Position numbers and translations under genes: made by a program
Notes under the pieces: model-generated
Databases searched by the model: none
Told to the model about the DNA's origin: nothing
What the model saw: only the letters and a program-made list of their open reading frames with translations
Shown: positions 11,959-24,249 of the stretch, in pieces
How positions within the stretch are numbered: position 1 is the first letter of the stretch
Layout of the letters: each line of letters starts with the position of its first letter
Source: Marsupella aquatica
Taxonomy: Eukaryota > Plantae > Marchantiophyta
Assembly: GCA_973895155.1 (NCBI GenBank)
Contig: OZ316897.1
Location: 3,814,211-3,878,210 of the forward strand
DNA: 64,000 bases
Reading direction: 5' to 3'

Positions 11959-14900
11959 CTAAGGTATGAATGGTTGGGATCCTACTGTTTCCAGCTCAAA
12001 TTCTCTCACCGCATCAGCCAAAGATGACAAGCTGCCATCATACATATGTGTCACATTGTTGATCTTTATTTCTTTAACCCAAGGATCCACAAATTCTTTG
12101 CACAATTCGTCTGTAACGGTGATTGTGTTGTGAAAATGGTGGTAGTGCACCCTGTCCTTCCAGTCATAGTAGTTAATCTTACCCAAATCGGTGATCCCAT
12201 CTGGCATGTATGAAACTTCATGGTCGTGTGTTCCTGCTACCACAATATATCTTGTCTGAACTGCGTACTTGTGGTCCTTCCATCCTCCCCACTCAATGAT
12301 CTGAGTTCTTTGGAAAACCAGTTTTTCTATGCCCCAGAGCCTGCCAGCAATCAACGATCGCACTTCATCAGTTTCAACTTGCGAAGATAACATCGCTCTC
12401 TTGATAACTTCATGGAATGGTACATCCAAAATAGGTGTAGTGGACTACATTTCACAAGGGTATCGAGCTATTGTTGCCATGAACTGCTAAATGTCAGTAT
12501 TGTGAGGATTACTTTCGCACTTCTCACAGTAGTCATCTCAACAGCGAGTTTAAGCTACGGAAGTCCGAATTGACCTTCAGCAACAATTTTGCTAGAAGAC
12601 TGCCAGCAACTAAGGGTACGTGCAATATGAGACAAGAGGAAGCACACTTTGCAGTCCAGCAATCAATAAACCTCGGAACATTACACGGTCTAGCTATTAA
12701 GAAATTTCTTCCTGAAATGAAGATGGTGTACTAGTATCCATATGTCTGATTTGCTTATTAGGAAGAAGATTGCTATTTGAAGTATGTTGGCCAAGGGAAG
12801 AGTTTATTTTTAAGCCGGAGCTAACACTAAGCATATGATAAGAACGGTGTCAGTACAAAAGAGCAGGAACGGAAAGTGCGGGGGGAAAACTTCCCCAAAC
12901 TTCTGCCCAAAAATCGTGTGATAGGGGAGGAAGGTCCTTCTGAACTGTCTTCACCGTAAATTAGTGGCCTAGTCAGGACAGACAGCGTCGATTTTATGGT
13001 GAAATTGTATTCCAGATCTACCGTGAAAAGTCCTGCCGTGTGGTACTTTCAATCTCATAGTTGACAGCCGTAAGGCTTTCACTACAGCCTATCACAGGGA
13101 TTAGTATCATGGCTATCAATTCCAGCTTGAAGTCGGAATAGCTGCAGGGAAGATCTTTCGTATTTCCGACTCTAAGAATACGGATTCATGAACAATTTTC
13201 CGAGTAGAGTTGTTCGATCCATGTTTGATTCCTGCGAATCATCCGTCAAGATTTCACGTTGAACATGATTCTTCAGGCACGCCTCAGCGCGCATTGATGT
13301 CTCGCAGACAATACTGGTTCAATTCGTAGGACCGTGTACAAGACCGTACCTGAGAGCTACATGCAGACAGGATGCTCTTAATATATCAGGGCCCTCACCG
13401 TTGAAGTTACACTCAAGGCTACCACTTTTCGGCTTGTGCACAGCTCCACCTCACATGCAGCGGTCGTGACCAAAGCGCTGTCCTCTCATGATAGTATGCG
13501 TGGTGTACATCAGTCCGGAACTCCGGATCCGATGGTGTTTCGGATGGACGGAACTTGAGAGGTGGGACACTGTATTCTGACACATAGATCCGGGATTGCC
13601 CAACGGTGTGAGGACTCGACGGGCGTTTTGCATTCCAAGACATGAGGAGCTGGTGCCCTGCTTGAAATTGGGCCATGACTTCTGTTGAAGCCTCATGATA
13701 CTCAAACAGTTAAAAACGGAGCTGCTAATAATCTACTGGCCACGAATTAACAGCACAGCAGTTCGTAAGGAAATGTTGGTCTCTGTAACCTTAAGTTTGA
13801 ACTTTGTGTGTACGTCATGTACGGCTGTGGCAGGCAGGGCCATCGAGCAATACCTGTGCACAATCTATAGAACTTTTGGAAAGCAATTCAATCTCTCAAA
13901 CATCCCAAATCTCTTAATTCGGAATGTTGTTTCGGTAGATGATGGACGATGCGAATGCATAGAAATTAATGCTGGCTTCCACATCAAATGGTATGTCGAG
14001 GATGTCTCCTCTCACAGCTGTACTTGCTGAGGTGCATACCAGTGAGGAGCAGATGCCAGAAGTTCGATCAAAATCGAACAACATAGATTGGAAGGAGGTT
14101 AGTATCGAGTTCACGTAATGTCAGGTTATGATTATGTCTCCAAAGCGGTTCACGTAATGATCAAGTGATTCTTCAGATAGCTTTCGCTAATAACAACTGA
14201 CATGGAATTTTTGTTCTTGAACTTTACACCAAAACGATGCTCCGCATTTACGGAACTCCTAGACTAGTTATTCTGAATCATCCTTGGAATGAACATTTTC
14301 TACTTCAGTTCCTGCTCAAATATATCAGTTCATCTAATTTGCCCCTGTAATTACTAATCATCTGTCTTGACATTTGAAAATTTTGAGTCTACTGTAGATC
14401 TTATCTTCGACCTAGATTTGAGCGAAATTCAATTTTCTAGTGACGTGAAGTTTTGTCACGACAAATGCAGCTGAATAGAAAGCTCAAGTTCAAATGATCG
14501 ATTTCTGCATGAGAGAAGAGCTGGGAAGCGGCTAGAATTTCTCAGGATCATGCATGCTAGTGTGAAGGCTTTGAACAAATGGCTTAAAGTGACTGAGTTC
14601 ATGACATTGCAAGAGCTGGTCGTTTCAAGAGTGAGGGAGAATGAGCTGAAGACAATGTACCTCTGAAATCTCTCGTCGGAGTCATTCTCTGGCCTCCTGA
14701 CGCAGTGGTTGTGATGCATGGGCCGCTGGTCGAATGTGACCTGCTGGGCTTTTCGTCCCTGTTCCTCCTTGATCTCCTTCATCACCTTGTTCAAGGTCAT
14801 ATCTGGAGGCACGTACAAGTACTCATCGATGTCGAAGTAGAAGGCCCACTCTGCGACCCTCTTTGCTTGCATAAGACAATCGTTCAACACCACCGCCTGA

Positions 14901-15898
14901 CTATGGTAATGTGAGTCATATCTCGCCTCTTGCCGATAATTCATGATCGTCACTCTTCCCAGCTTCACCCAAGGAGCTAGAATCTTCCTCACATCATCGT
15001 GTAGTCCTCCGCCATCGTATAAAATGAAATGGGACCGAGGTCCGAAAAGCCTTGCATGCCATGCAATCCACTCCCTCACCCTCTGTGGGCTTATCGGCCC
15101 ATAGAGAGGTGATCCGCAATACATGAAATCATACTTCAGCGGCTCGTCGAAGAGAGATCCGTCGTATTCGCCAGGGTTCTCTGTGAGTGCCACGAATTGC
15201 GCGGCCGGGAGCCCTGTCATGTCCTCTGATCCCATGGTCGCGACGATCTTTAAGCTTCCCCCAGTCCCGTCAGTGCCCACATTCTGGTCGAACTGGCAAT
15301 GGATCACTGTGCCTACGTACTGGTTGGCGTACTTGTTCCCTGGAAGGTATCCCGTCGCATTTCCTTCGATGGGATCGCCAGATTTGGGAATCCAGAAGCA
15401 CTCGTACCCTGGATTGCCATAGGTGTGGAGTGCCTTCGGGGAGAGTCCAACGATCGAGAAATTGTTGGGGCTGCCTCGGTAGGCTCCGAATTGGATGAAC
15501 AGGAAGGCGGAGACACCCACTGGGGTGAATTTTCTCTGCAACTCCGGAGTGTTCTCGTCCCGAAACTTCTCCCATTCCCTCTCGTTGGTCACGGACGGCT
15601 TCTCCCACTCCCTGTGACACACTTCTCCCGTAGTTTGTAGAGCTTGGGAGGCGGCACACGTTACGATTCCGCTCGCATTTCTGAGCTCTTCGTCTGCACT
15701 AAGCGACTCCTTGATAGAAGAGAGGTCGAGAGACTGACGAAAGCCATTAAGGCCGTGTTGTTGACCACAGGGGCCGCTGGCGAGATCCAAGGACACGAAG
15801 AGGAGCAGAGCTAGGGCCGATGCGGCACAGAAGCTGGCTACCACCTTCAAGTGAGTCATCTCCAGGCACCCACCGTTTTTATTACGGTGGAACTGCAT
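11959..15898 (-). CDS. GALS: Glycosyltransferase family 92 galactan beta-1,4-galactosyltransferase-like; exons 15898-14661 and 12340-11959 (~539 aa)
   Basis: N-terminal TM anchor; motifs FIQFGAYRG, YDFMYCGSPLYG, RVREWIAWHARLFG.RSHFILYDGGG, NDCL, FDIDEY. The GT..AG intron 14660-12341 is phase-consistent (AG|G, FQR-LWGIEKLVF). Exon 2 holds the GALS C-terminus (KYAVQ, HYHHFHNTI, ELCKEF). An alternative ATG lies at 15859. Confidence 0.92.
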
Positions 15899-18800
15899 CC
15901 TGACTTGAAACGGCCGCCAACAGAGTAAATCAGGGAGATCGCACACTAACGCCAGGACGTCGTCAATGGGTGGTGCTCACTGATGAGCACGAGCAGTTGT
16001 TGTCCTGCAATCAACAGCGAAGCGAAACATACTGGACCACTCAGCTCAGTTGCACACCACAATGTTGAGTAACATATGCCATTGCAACCTTTGTTGAACC
16101 TTAATCGGAGGAGAGTCCCGTAGGATGCATCAATTGTATGGGTGTGCAATCCGTACTCCAGAAGTGAATCAATCTTCCTTTTAGACTATGCACAAAGCTC
16201 GACAATCAATCGCGAACATTAGCCTGTTACAATATTCACTGAGCAATGCGAATTCTCAGAGAGCCTACAGTAGTTCTAACTCCGATAATAAATACTTCAC
16301 CGATCAATCTCGGGGGCAGGTCATCAGTTGATTGCTACCAACCTTCAAAATTCAGGCTTCAGAGTTGTGATGGACTTGCATATTTTTTCCCTCGGTAAAT
16401 CACTCTAACAATCAGAATCAAGAGAAGCAATCACGTACAGCAACAAACGTTTGCAAACTGAAATGTCGTTGGGCAATGCTACAGTCTATGGGGCGCTAGT
16501 AACCAACCAGGATCAACGCTTCCTGAATCATTAGCAGTCTATCAACCTGGACTATGTAAGGGGAATGTAATCCAATCATCTTAAACGAACTAAGGCATCG
16601 ATTCCACGAGGGGGTCAGAGTGTCGTTGGACGTCACGATCTATCAATGTTGTAATGGATAATCAATCTCCATTTGGCAGGGGAGGCATTTATGGAATGAC
16701 GGTCGACTCCACAGCCATGCTGGCAAAAATTGGAGCCTGCAACTATTTTAGCATTACTAGGCTGTAGCATTACTTGGCTGCAATGGAGATAAACCTTCTG
16801 ACTGGGCTTTGGGCTGTGGCCGACTTAGTTTACTACTGAGGTTGCTACGTCATACCAAGCTGTCAAGAACGAGACCCAATCCTCATCGACAATTTTCTAA
16901 ACTGTAACGTCTTTTATCGAGTAATGGGTATGTAATGTGCATCCTCGAGTCTCTATCAAATGTCTTTTCCATCATTTCTAAGACCACGTACCAAATTTAC
17001 TTTCCAGATCGTTGTCTACCCTTGAAGCCAAAATGTGAACAACTCGAACGTCTATTACAATAAAATATATTCTGGATCGGCGGAATGGAAGCAATGAGCT
17101 CAACTCGCTCAAATCACTCGAAACACAGTAGACGGGGTACATATGTCACACTTAATACGAAATTTGTTGGAGAGTGGGCAAACTCATTTCAAAGTTGTTG
17201 TCCTTTCAAAGTTGTTGAGAGGACAACAACCTAAGCAAACAGTTGTGCTGCGCTTGAGACTGAAAGAAAACTAAGACGAATTAAAACTGTATTTACTATC
17301 GGAAAACTCCACATTCACGACGGACCTTCTCCTCCTAAACTACGGTATTAAACTGTCCTATGTGCAAGTACATCCGTACTTCGGGCAAGGTAACATCACG
17401 CATCTGAAGGACACCGATGTACCACATGTGCATTAGTTCATGCTACCCGGACGCTGTCAAGGGAGACAACGGCAGCAATAGGGAAAACAATCATACACTC
17501 AATAGACATTGTGTGAAAATGATGGCAGAAAATCTATTGCCATTTGTCAACTTGAACGACCACACTTAAGCAATGCTCGAGAATGAAGAATACTAGCACC
17601 TGCTATTACAAAAGGAAGTAAGTAATGGAGGCTAAAAAAACGATCCGATAGAAAAACATCAAGAAGGCCTGGGGTCTCAGATCATAATCATATCCACGGA
17701 CAATCCATTGCATGTCACTGGTGCCAAGGAACTCCCGTGTGTTTGACTTGGGCTACAAATCCTAGGCACTGTACGTACGCTTGTAGGTACATTCTTTCGA
17801 CTTTAGGAGTGTCATTTTGCAATTGATTGATTGATATGATGGTCGCCGTCTAATCAATGAGTAGTGTCTGAGACGAGAGTACTAACATAACGAACTCATC
17901 TCGGAACTCAGAAAGTTGAACTATGTTATGAACTCGGCTTCGTGCGTTGTATCCGTCCAAGGATTACCACCAAGTACTTGGAGAAATGAAGGCCAACTTG
18001 AATTAAGTACTGTACTTCCTCAGTGTGCTTAATGTACACAATTGGCACGAGGACCTTGCCTATGGCGTAGGTTTCAAACGCTGGAGGAGAGTTTGATTCT
18101 GAAGTGTTCTGGAACCATTCGAATCAAGGGACTTCGTCTGATACGTCTGCCAGCCTGAGATGATTGTCGACCTCCATGCCGCTCAAACACGCTATGCTTT
18201 CATCTAAACTTGGAACCAAAAAACTAGGGAGGTGGGTAAAAATTGACTCACTTGCACAGCAGGAGATCGATCGAGAAACTACATCAAACTCGTAAAGTCA
18301 GACGTGATGCAACAGTTTAAGATCCACTGGACCATCTGTTGTGCAGATTGCGTCGACCAATTGAGCTACATTACTCAGATTCTCCTCAGTGCCGATATCG
18401 ACCTGGCGACTCGATCACATGAAGGGATCGAGCTCAGAGCATACGAAGCAAGGTAGCTAGAAGATGGTCATCAGCTCAGCGTTGTGTGGACGACGGTGCC
18501 ACCTTCCCTGATCATAAGGCAGCCACATTGGAGACGGCGACGTCAGCTGTTCTTCACTTCAGCCTGAAACCATGTCTCCTCGTACAACCTAACTTGCACA
18601 AATTATATATAGTTTGAACACCGCTGCATGTCGTCGGTCTTGCCCAGACCTTCAGATAAATGCTGCAAGAGTGAATGAACCATCCCCAGATAGTTTAGTT
18701 TTTCCTCTAAAGATCCTTCAGTGACAGTGTGGACAAACTGAGCACATGGAAGCCAAACTAAGCCAATTAATTAAAGCGAAAAGAGTACAGGCCCAGAAAA

Positions 18801-19747
18801 CACCTCCACAACAAGCCCAGATATATCTGTGGGTAGTTGCCCCGAATTCCAGGTCCTGAAGGTTAAACAGTGACGGTGTCTGGCTATACGATCGTGGGAG
18901 GGCGTGGTCTTTCTGGGGCGTCGCATCATGCATTGGACTCTTGCCCTGCATCTCCTTCTCATGACCTCTCTGGAGCAACGGAAAACGGGCACCTCTCGAC
19001 GCGGGACCCATTTAGTTGGTATGGTTGGTGATACTGTCAGGAAGACACACGACGAATTCCCAAACAATTCAATGCTCGTTTGCTCAATCCTGGGAATAAC
19101 GCACTTCCCAGGATGGACAAATTTGATGCACGGCTTGCCAGCTTGTGAGGGCTGATGCTTGGTCGGCCATTCTCCTTTCTGCATTTGCACGAATTGCCAG
19201 TTGGGCTCCCCTTTATAGTTCTAAATGTTGAGTTTCATTGTTGAGTGCCCTCCAAGAAGCTCCCTTGATGGATGGATAATCATGTCTTCCATGTGCTCTG
19301 CATAATCTCTCCTGCTGCCATCTTTCCCCGAACACAATGCCCGGGCGCTATATGCGAATAGTGGGCCGGGGGGCGCTATATTTGAATATAGCGCCCTAGG
19401 CGTGTTCTTCAAATTTTGTCTCATGGTTTTGGATTTTTTTCTATTATGGCGCTCTGTTCGAAATGACTTTGTGTTTGAGTTTAGGCATTGTGTATAAGTT
19501 TAGGACATTAATTTATGGTGTAGCCCAACTATGGTGCTTTCCACAATATTGCCTAAACTAAGTGATGTTGGGCCCCTGTTGGGCTGAGTGTCGAGCTTAG
19601 GTGAGATGGCAAAGTAGTTGGCCCGACAACTGGTCCAAGATTTCAAGAAATGTGAGTGGGGAGATTAATAAGCATGATGGAAAAGATGCACAATGGCACC
19701 TTCAGGCCCATCTCATGGTGAGGTGAAATCTGTCACCGTAATCAAAT

Positions 19748-19991
19748 GGCTAGGGGTTTTTTACCAGAGTGACATTTACTAAACAAAGAGGAAGATTTTA
19801 ATATATAGTAGTGTTACTAGCCCAGATGCTCCTAAGTTGCACAGAAAATATTGAGGTGAGACAAAGAAGGGCTAGGGGTTTTTTACCAGAGTGACATTTA
19901 CTAAACAAAGAGGAAGATTTTAATATATAGTAGTGTTACTAGCCCAGATGCTCCTAAGTTGCACAGAAAATATTGAGGTGAGACAAAGAAG
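19748..19991. repeat. Near-perfect tandem duplication of a 122-bp unit
   Basis: ggctaggggttttttaccagagtgac...gaggtgagacaaagaag at 19748-19869 and 19870-19991. Confidence 0.92.
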
Positions 19992-22900
19992 TGAAGTGAG
20001 ACAAGGAAAGACTTGCAGGCCGGGCGATGGTGGCCGTCGTGTTCTGGGGTCCAAGCACAATCACCCCAATGGCTGGACGTTGCACAGTCATCATTGTGTC
20101 GGTGTTGTGGTGGTGGGAAATATTGTTCGGAAGCAGAGCCCAGGCTTAAGGGGATAAGGCCAGGCTTTAGGTGACACTCCAAGTATGCAACTCCAGTTTA
20201 ATTTTATAAGCAAGTTTTTAATTCCGTATATATAATGGACTAACTTATATCCAATTGACCATGTTAGGTTTCATTTTAGTCTAAAGGGTTGCATCTCTCA
20301 ACTCAAGGAATCCAAATGTGTAACTTGAAAAAAAACTAAGCATGCCTTGACGTGGAAAAATTGACCAGAACTAAATTGTACGAATTTTTATCAATTAGAG
20401 GGGTCAAAGAGTGTACTAAATTCAGATTGTACCTCTCTACAACCAAACTGGCATGCATTTTAGTATTTTAGGCATATGGGTCTGACAAGTTAGGATACCA
20501 AGAGGAGGATTTAAAATTTAATTTTGCGTGAACCCCACGGATCAGGGGGGGGGGGGGGGGAGGGAACCAGCAGGCCAAGGCAAGCAAACACAGCACCCAT
20601 GGGGTAAAACAGGCCAAAAAGGCAACACAGAAAGAGGCTTCATTTGGACCCTCACCACAGGGGGGAAAGTAAGTTTCACAGCCTCCAGCCTCCCAGCCAC
20701 ACAGATCACAAAAGATCCCGCCTTTTTAACTTTTGTAACCAAGTATTTGAATGCCAATTCTGGCAGTTTTGCAGGATCACATTGTTTTTGGCCGGATCAC
20801 ATATTGTGAGTGGTTGATGTTGTAAACAATCATGAGAAAAAGCATAATTATTATAATGTTTAGCTGTAGATATATTATAGTAAGGTCTTTGTCTCAATTA
20901 GGAATACTTGTACATTTTTGTCTTGAAAGGAAATGAGGAAGAACACTTACTAGTAGACTCTCCTCACCCCAATAGTGACATACATTCATTTTCGGAAATG
21001 CATCAGTCTCAGGGTGAGCCCCCACTGATCCACAGGGACCCACACCAGGAGGCTGGGAGAGAGGATTAAATAAGGGTCACAAAGTGGGCAATAAGGGGGC
21101 GGGGAGATAATGAGAACTCCCATCCACTGCCCACAAAACCCATCCAACCCACACCCATAATTATGCCCTTCACACCCCTATGTTCGGAATTAGGGACGAG
21201 ACTCAAGATCGAGGCTAATAAATGCGAGTAGCCCGTACTAAGCAGCCCGCTGCCCACTTCCCGTGACGTGAGAATAAGGTTAAATACAGGGCGCGATGCA
21301 TCGTGGTCACCAGCTGCCTATAGGCTGCATGGTAAAGGTGCTCAGTGGGGCATGGGAGGTCTTGGGTTTGAATCCTGCCAGCAAAGGAAGCTTTTATCAT
21401 TCACGCCACCCAAAAGTGGGGTTCATTCATACCCTCTTGACACTCAATTTGTTTTTACTCACCTGGGCAGCTACATACGGAGGCTCTTAATGAGCCTCGA
21501 GCTTGAGTTTTGTCATGAATTGTCCGGAGGGGGGATTGAAAAGGGGACCTCCTAGTTCCAGGCTAATCCCCTAGCCAACTAACCAAGCCAATTGGTTTTC
21601 GTGCTTGAACATATGGGTGGATCAATCTGGACACTCTCCTATTAACTTTAGATCCAAGAACCTATATGGAGGGTCTTTGAGTGTAGTAAGGCCCTGGTCT
21701 GAGGGCATGTGGGCTATAATGAACCAAAACATGATTGGCCACAACTCTCAATTGACTAGGATGCCAATGACTATTCCTAATTACAGACCCCCATGGGAAG
21801 TTCCTTCAAATGTTTTTGGATGCATTCCAAGTGCAACCACATCGGCATGATATGTCACAAACAAGAACCGTTAGTTATATAAGAAGAACCAAATTTGACT
21901 ATTTGTGTTTGAAGGAAGACAAAGAAAAACAGTTAGACCCTGTAATCGTAAAAACAATGAAAAACTAAAAAGTGACATTTCATCAAGTAAACAAAGAAAA
22001 AGGGTAAAATAGGAGCGAAAGAAATAATCTTGGGATGATCGAGTGGTCATTGATATATCAGTATTTTCTGGTAATCTGTTTCAATTTTCTATTGAATTTA
22101 AACATTTTTGAAATAATGACAAGTAGAAAGAAACTCTTCAACTACTCTAACATTTACCAAGATAACATAATAAACCCAATTTTTTTTTCAACTTCTCTAG
22201 CATTTACCAAGGTAATTAAGAAACCATGTGGCTACATACTATGGATAGAGGAGTAACAAGCAAAGGTACAAAACACCATAACTATTATGGAAAGAGGAAT
22301 ACCAAGAGACTCTAAGACCTTTCAACATACTAATATGGACAAGTAATATTTTGCATGAACTATATGGAATGTTACATGTATTATATAGATATAAGGGTAG
22401 TAAGGGAAAAGTTTTACATGGAGAATACCCTTGGTATTACCATGAAGGTACTATTATTTGTCTTTAATGAAATTGTCCTAACTACCTTTAAACTTCACTT
22501 CATTTAGAGTCTTTCATTTAATCTTCATCCCCAGAGAGGCATGGTTGTGTGGTCCGTAGCTCACTTGAGTAGTGACTCATTGGTCCTTGGGTTTAAATGT
22601 TGTGACTAACTGTTCCTAGTCCTGTTCCCAGTCTGTGGGGTTTCACAGATTTATCTTTGAATAAATAAATCTTGTCCTCTCATCTATCAAATTTTGGCTA
22701 AGTTGTATTTTAAGTTAGAGGAATTTATTTTCTACAATATATACACAGTTTTAGAAGTTATGCAATGCCCCATCAATGTAAGCATATGTGAGTCAAAATA
22801 TAATTTTCTTGACATACAGAATAATACCCAAAACAATAAATGAGGAAACTACTGTCATTAAAACAAAAGAGAAAAAGAGAAAAAGAAGAAGGGAACTGAG

Positions 22901-24249
22901 GCATTTTAACGTAATTATTTTCTTTCTTTACATTGCATGACTTTTAACTTCTATGATTTCTAAATTGTTTTGTTTATTTGCAAAACTTATTGCAAGTTGG
23001 TTAATCCTTTCACATGTACGTTCTGCTTAGGAGTATTGTTGGCCACAAGGTCGCCTCATACTTGGGTTAAACCCACATTTTGGAGACCTTATATGTCACA
23101 ATGTATTTTATCCTATTTATATTCCCCTTCTTGATTTTTCTCTTTGTAATTTTTGGTGGAAGAGTACTTTTGCCACTTTGAAATTATTCTCCTTATTATT
23201 TTCTGGCCAATCATTATTTCAAAAAATTCTCTCACAAACGGGACCAATGATGTTTTCACTAAGAGACAAACACAATTGTTTGTGTTTGATTATATATAGG
23301 CAAGAAAAACAGTTAGACCCCGTAAGTGTAAAAAGATCAAAACTCTAAAATAACAGACAAAGTGGTAAAACAAATTAACCAATTGGATGCCAACTTGTGT
23401 TTTTTGGCATTGAAAATGACTGTAAAAATCACCACAAATATTGGAACAACAGTTTTTTTTAAATAGTGTATTCAATACTCTATTGACTAAAATACTACTA
23501 GCAATTAATCTCCTCTTACCAGTATTATATAAAATTATGCTGCAAACAATATTGAATATATATAATATTAATTTGCATGTGAATATGTACAATATTTTCT
23601 TGCATGGATCATGGAGGAGTATCCTACTTGATATTATTTACTTGCATGTGAGTATGTACAATATTTCCTTGCATAGAGTGAGTATTCTCCTCGATCCTAG
23701 TGCATTGTGTAAAAGTCTTTCACTTTGTTGTTGGTATCTAGTGTGATTATTTCTTGCTTGTCTTGGACAATGGTGCAACTTTTAGTTCAGTAACACTAAA
23801 TTCAATTCACACTTTAACTTTATTACTTACCTTTGATCATATTTTTAAAACTTTTGTGCCCTGCATATTTGAACGACGATCACTCTAAAAAGTGGTGCAA
23901 CTTTGTATTATAGTCTTTCATTTGCCAAGATGACAACTAGCTCTAGAAACAGGGTAGGAACTTCTTGGTATGGACAGGCATGAAGTCTCTTTATGCACCG
24001 CTGATAGTGAATTGCACCACTTTCTGGTGATTGCACAGTACTTTTTGGAAATTGCGCCCCCATAGTGGATTCATGGTGGGGAATGACATATTTAAAAAAC
24101 GTTTAGCCACTTTATCAGTCAAAGGGAAGTGAATGGTGAACACCCCCCCCCCCAATTAAAAAGTAGCTGGCTGGCACTATGAAACTTCTCTTCTACATTT
24201 ACAAAAAATAGTAAAAAGAAACAATCTCTTACCCTTTAAGATATGTCAC

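Noticed and set aside
11959-12480. ORF 11959-12429 as a separate unknown gene or pseudogene
   Set aside because: Its 3' part is exon 2 of the GALS gene (phase-matched acceptor at 12341); the rest is intron.
13419-14114. Short ORFs inside the GALS intron
   Set aside because: No recognisable motifs, and they are not needed for the gene model.
21310-21385. tRNA/SINE-like B-box (ggtttgaatcc); a similar motif lies at ~45450-45475 on the minus strand
   Set aside because: No convincing cloverleaf, tail or TSD, so it is too degenerate to call.
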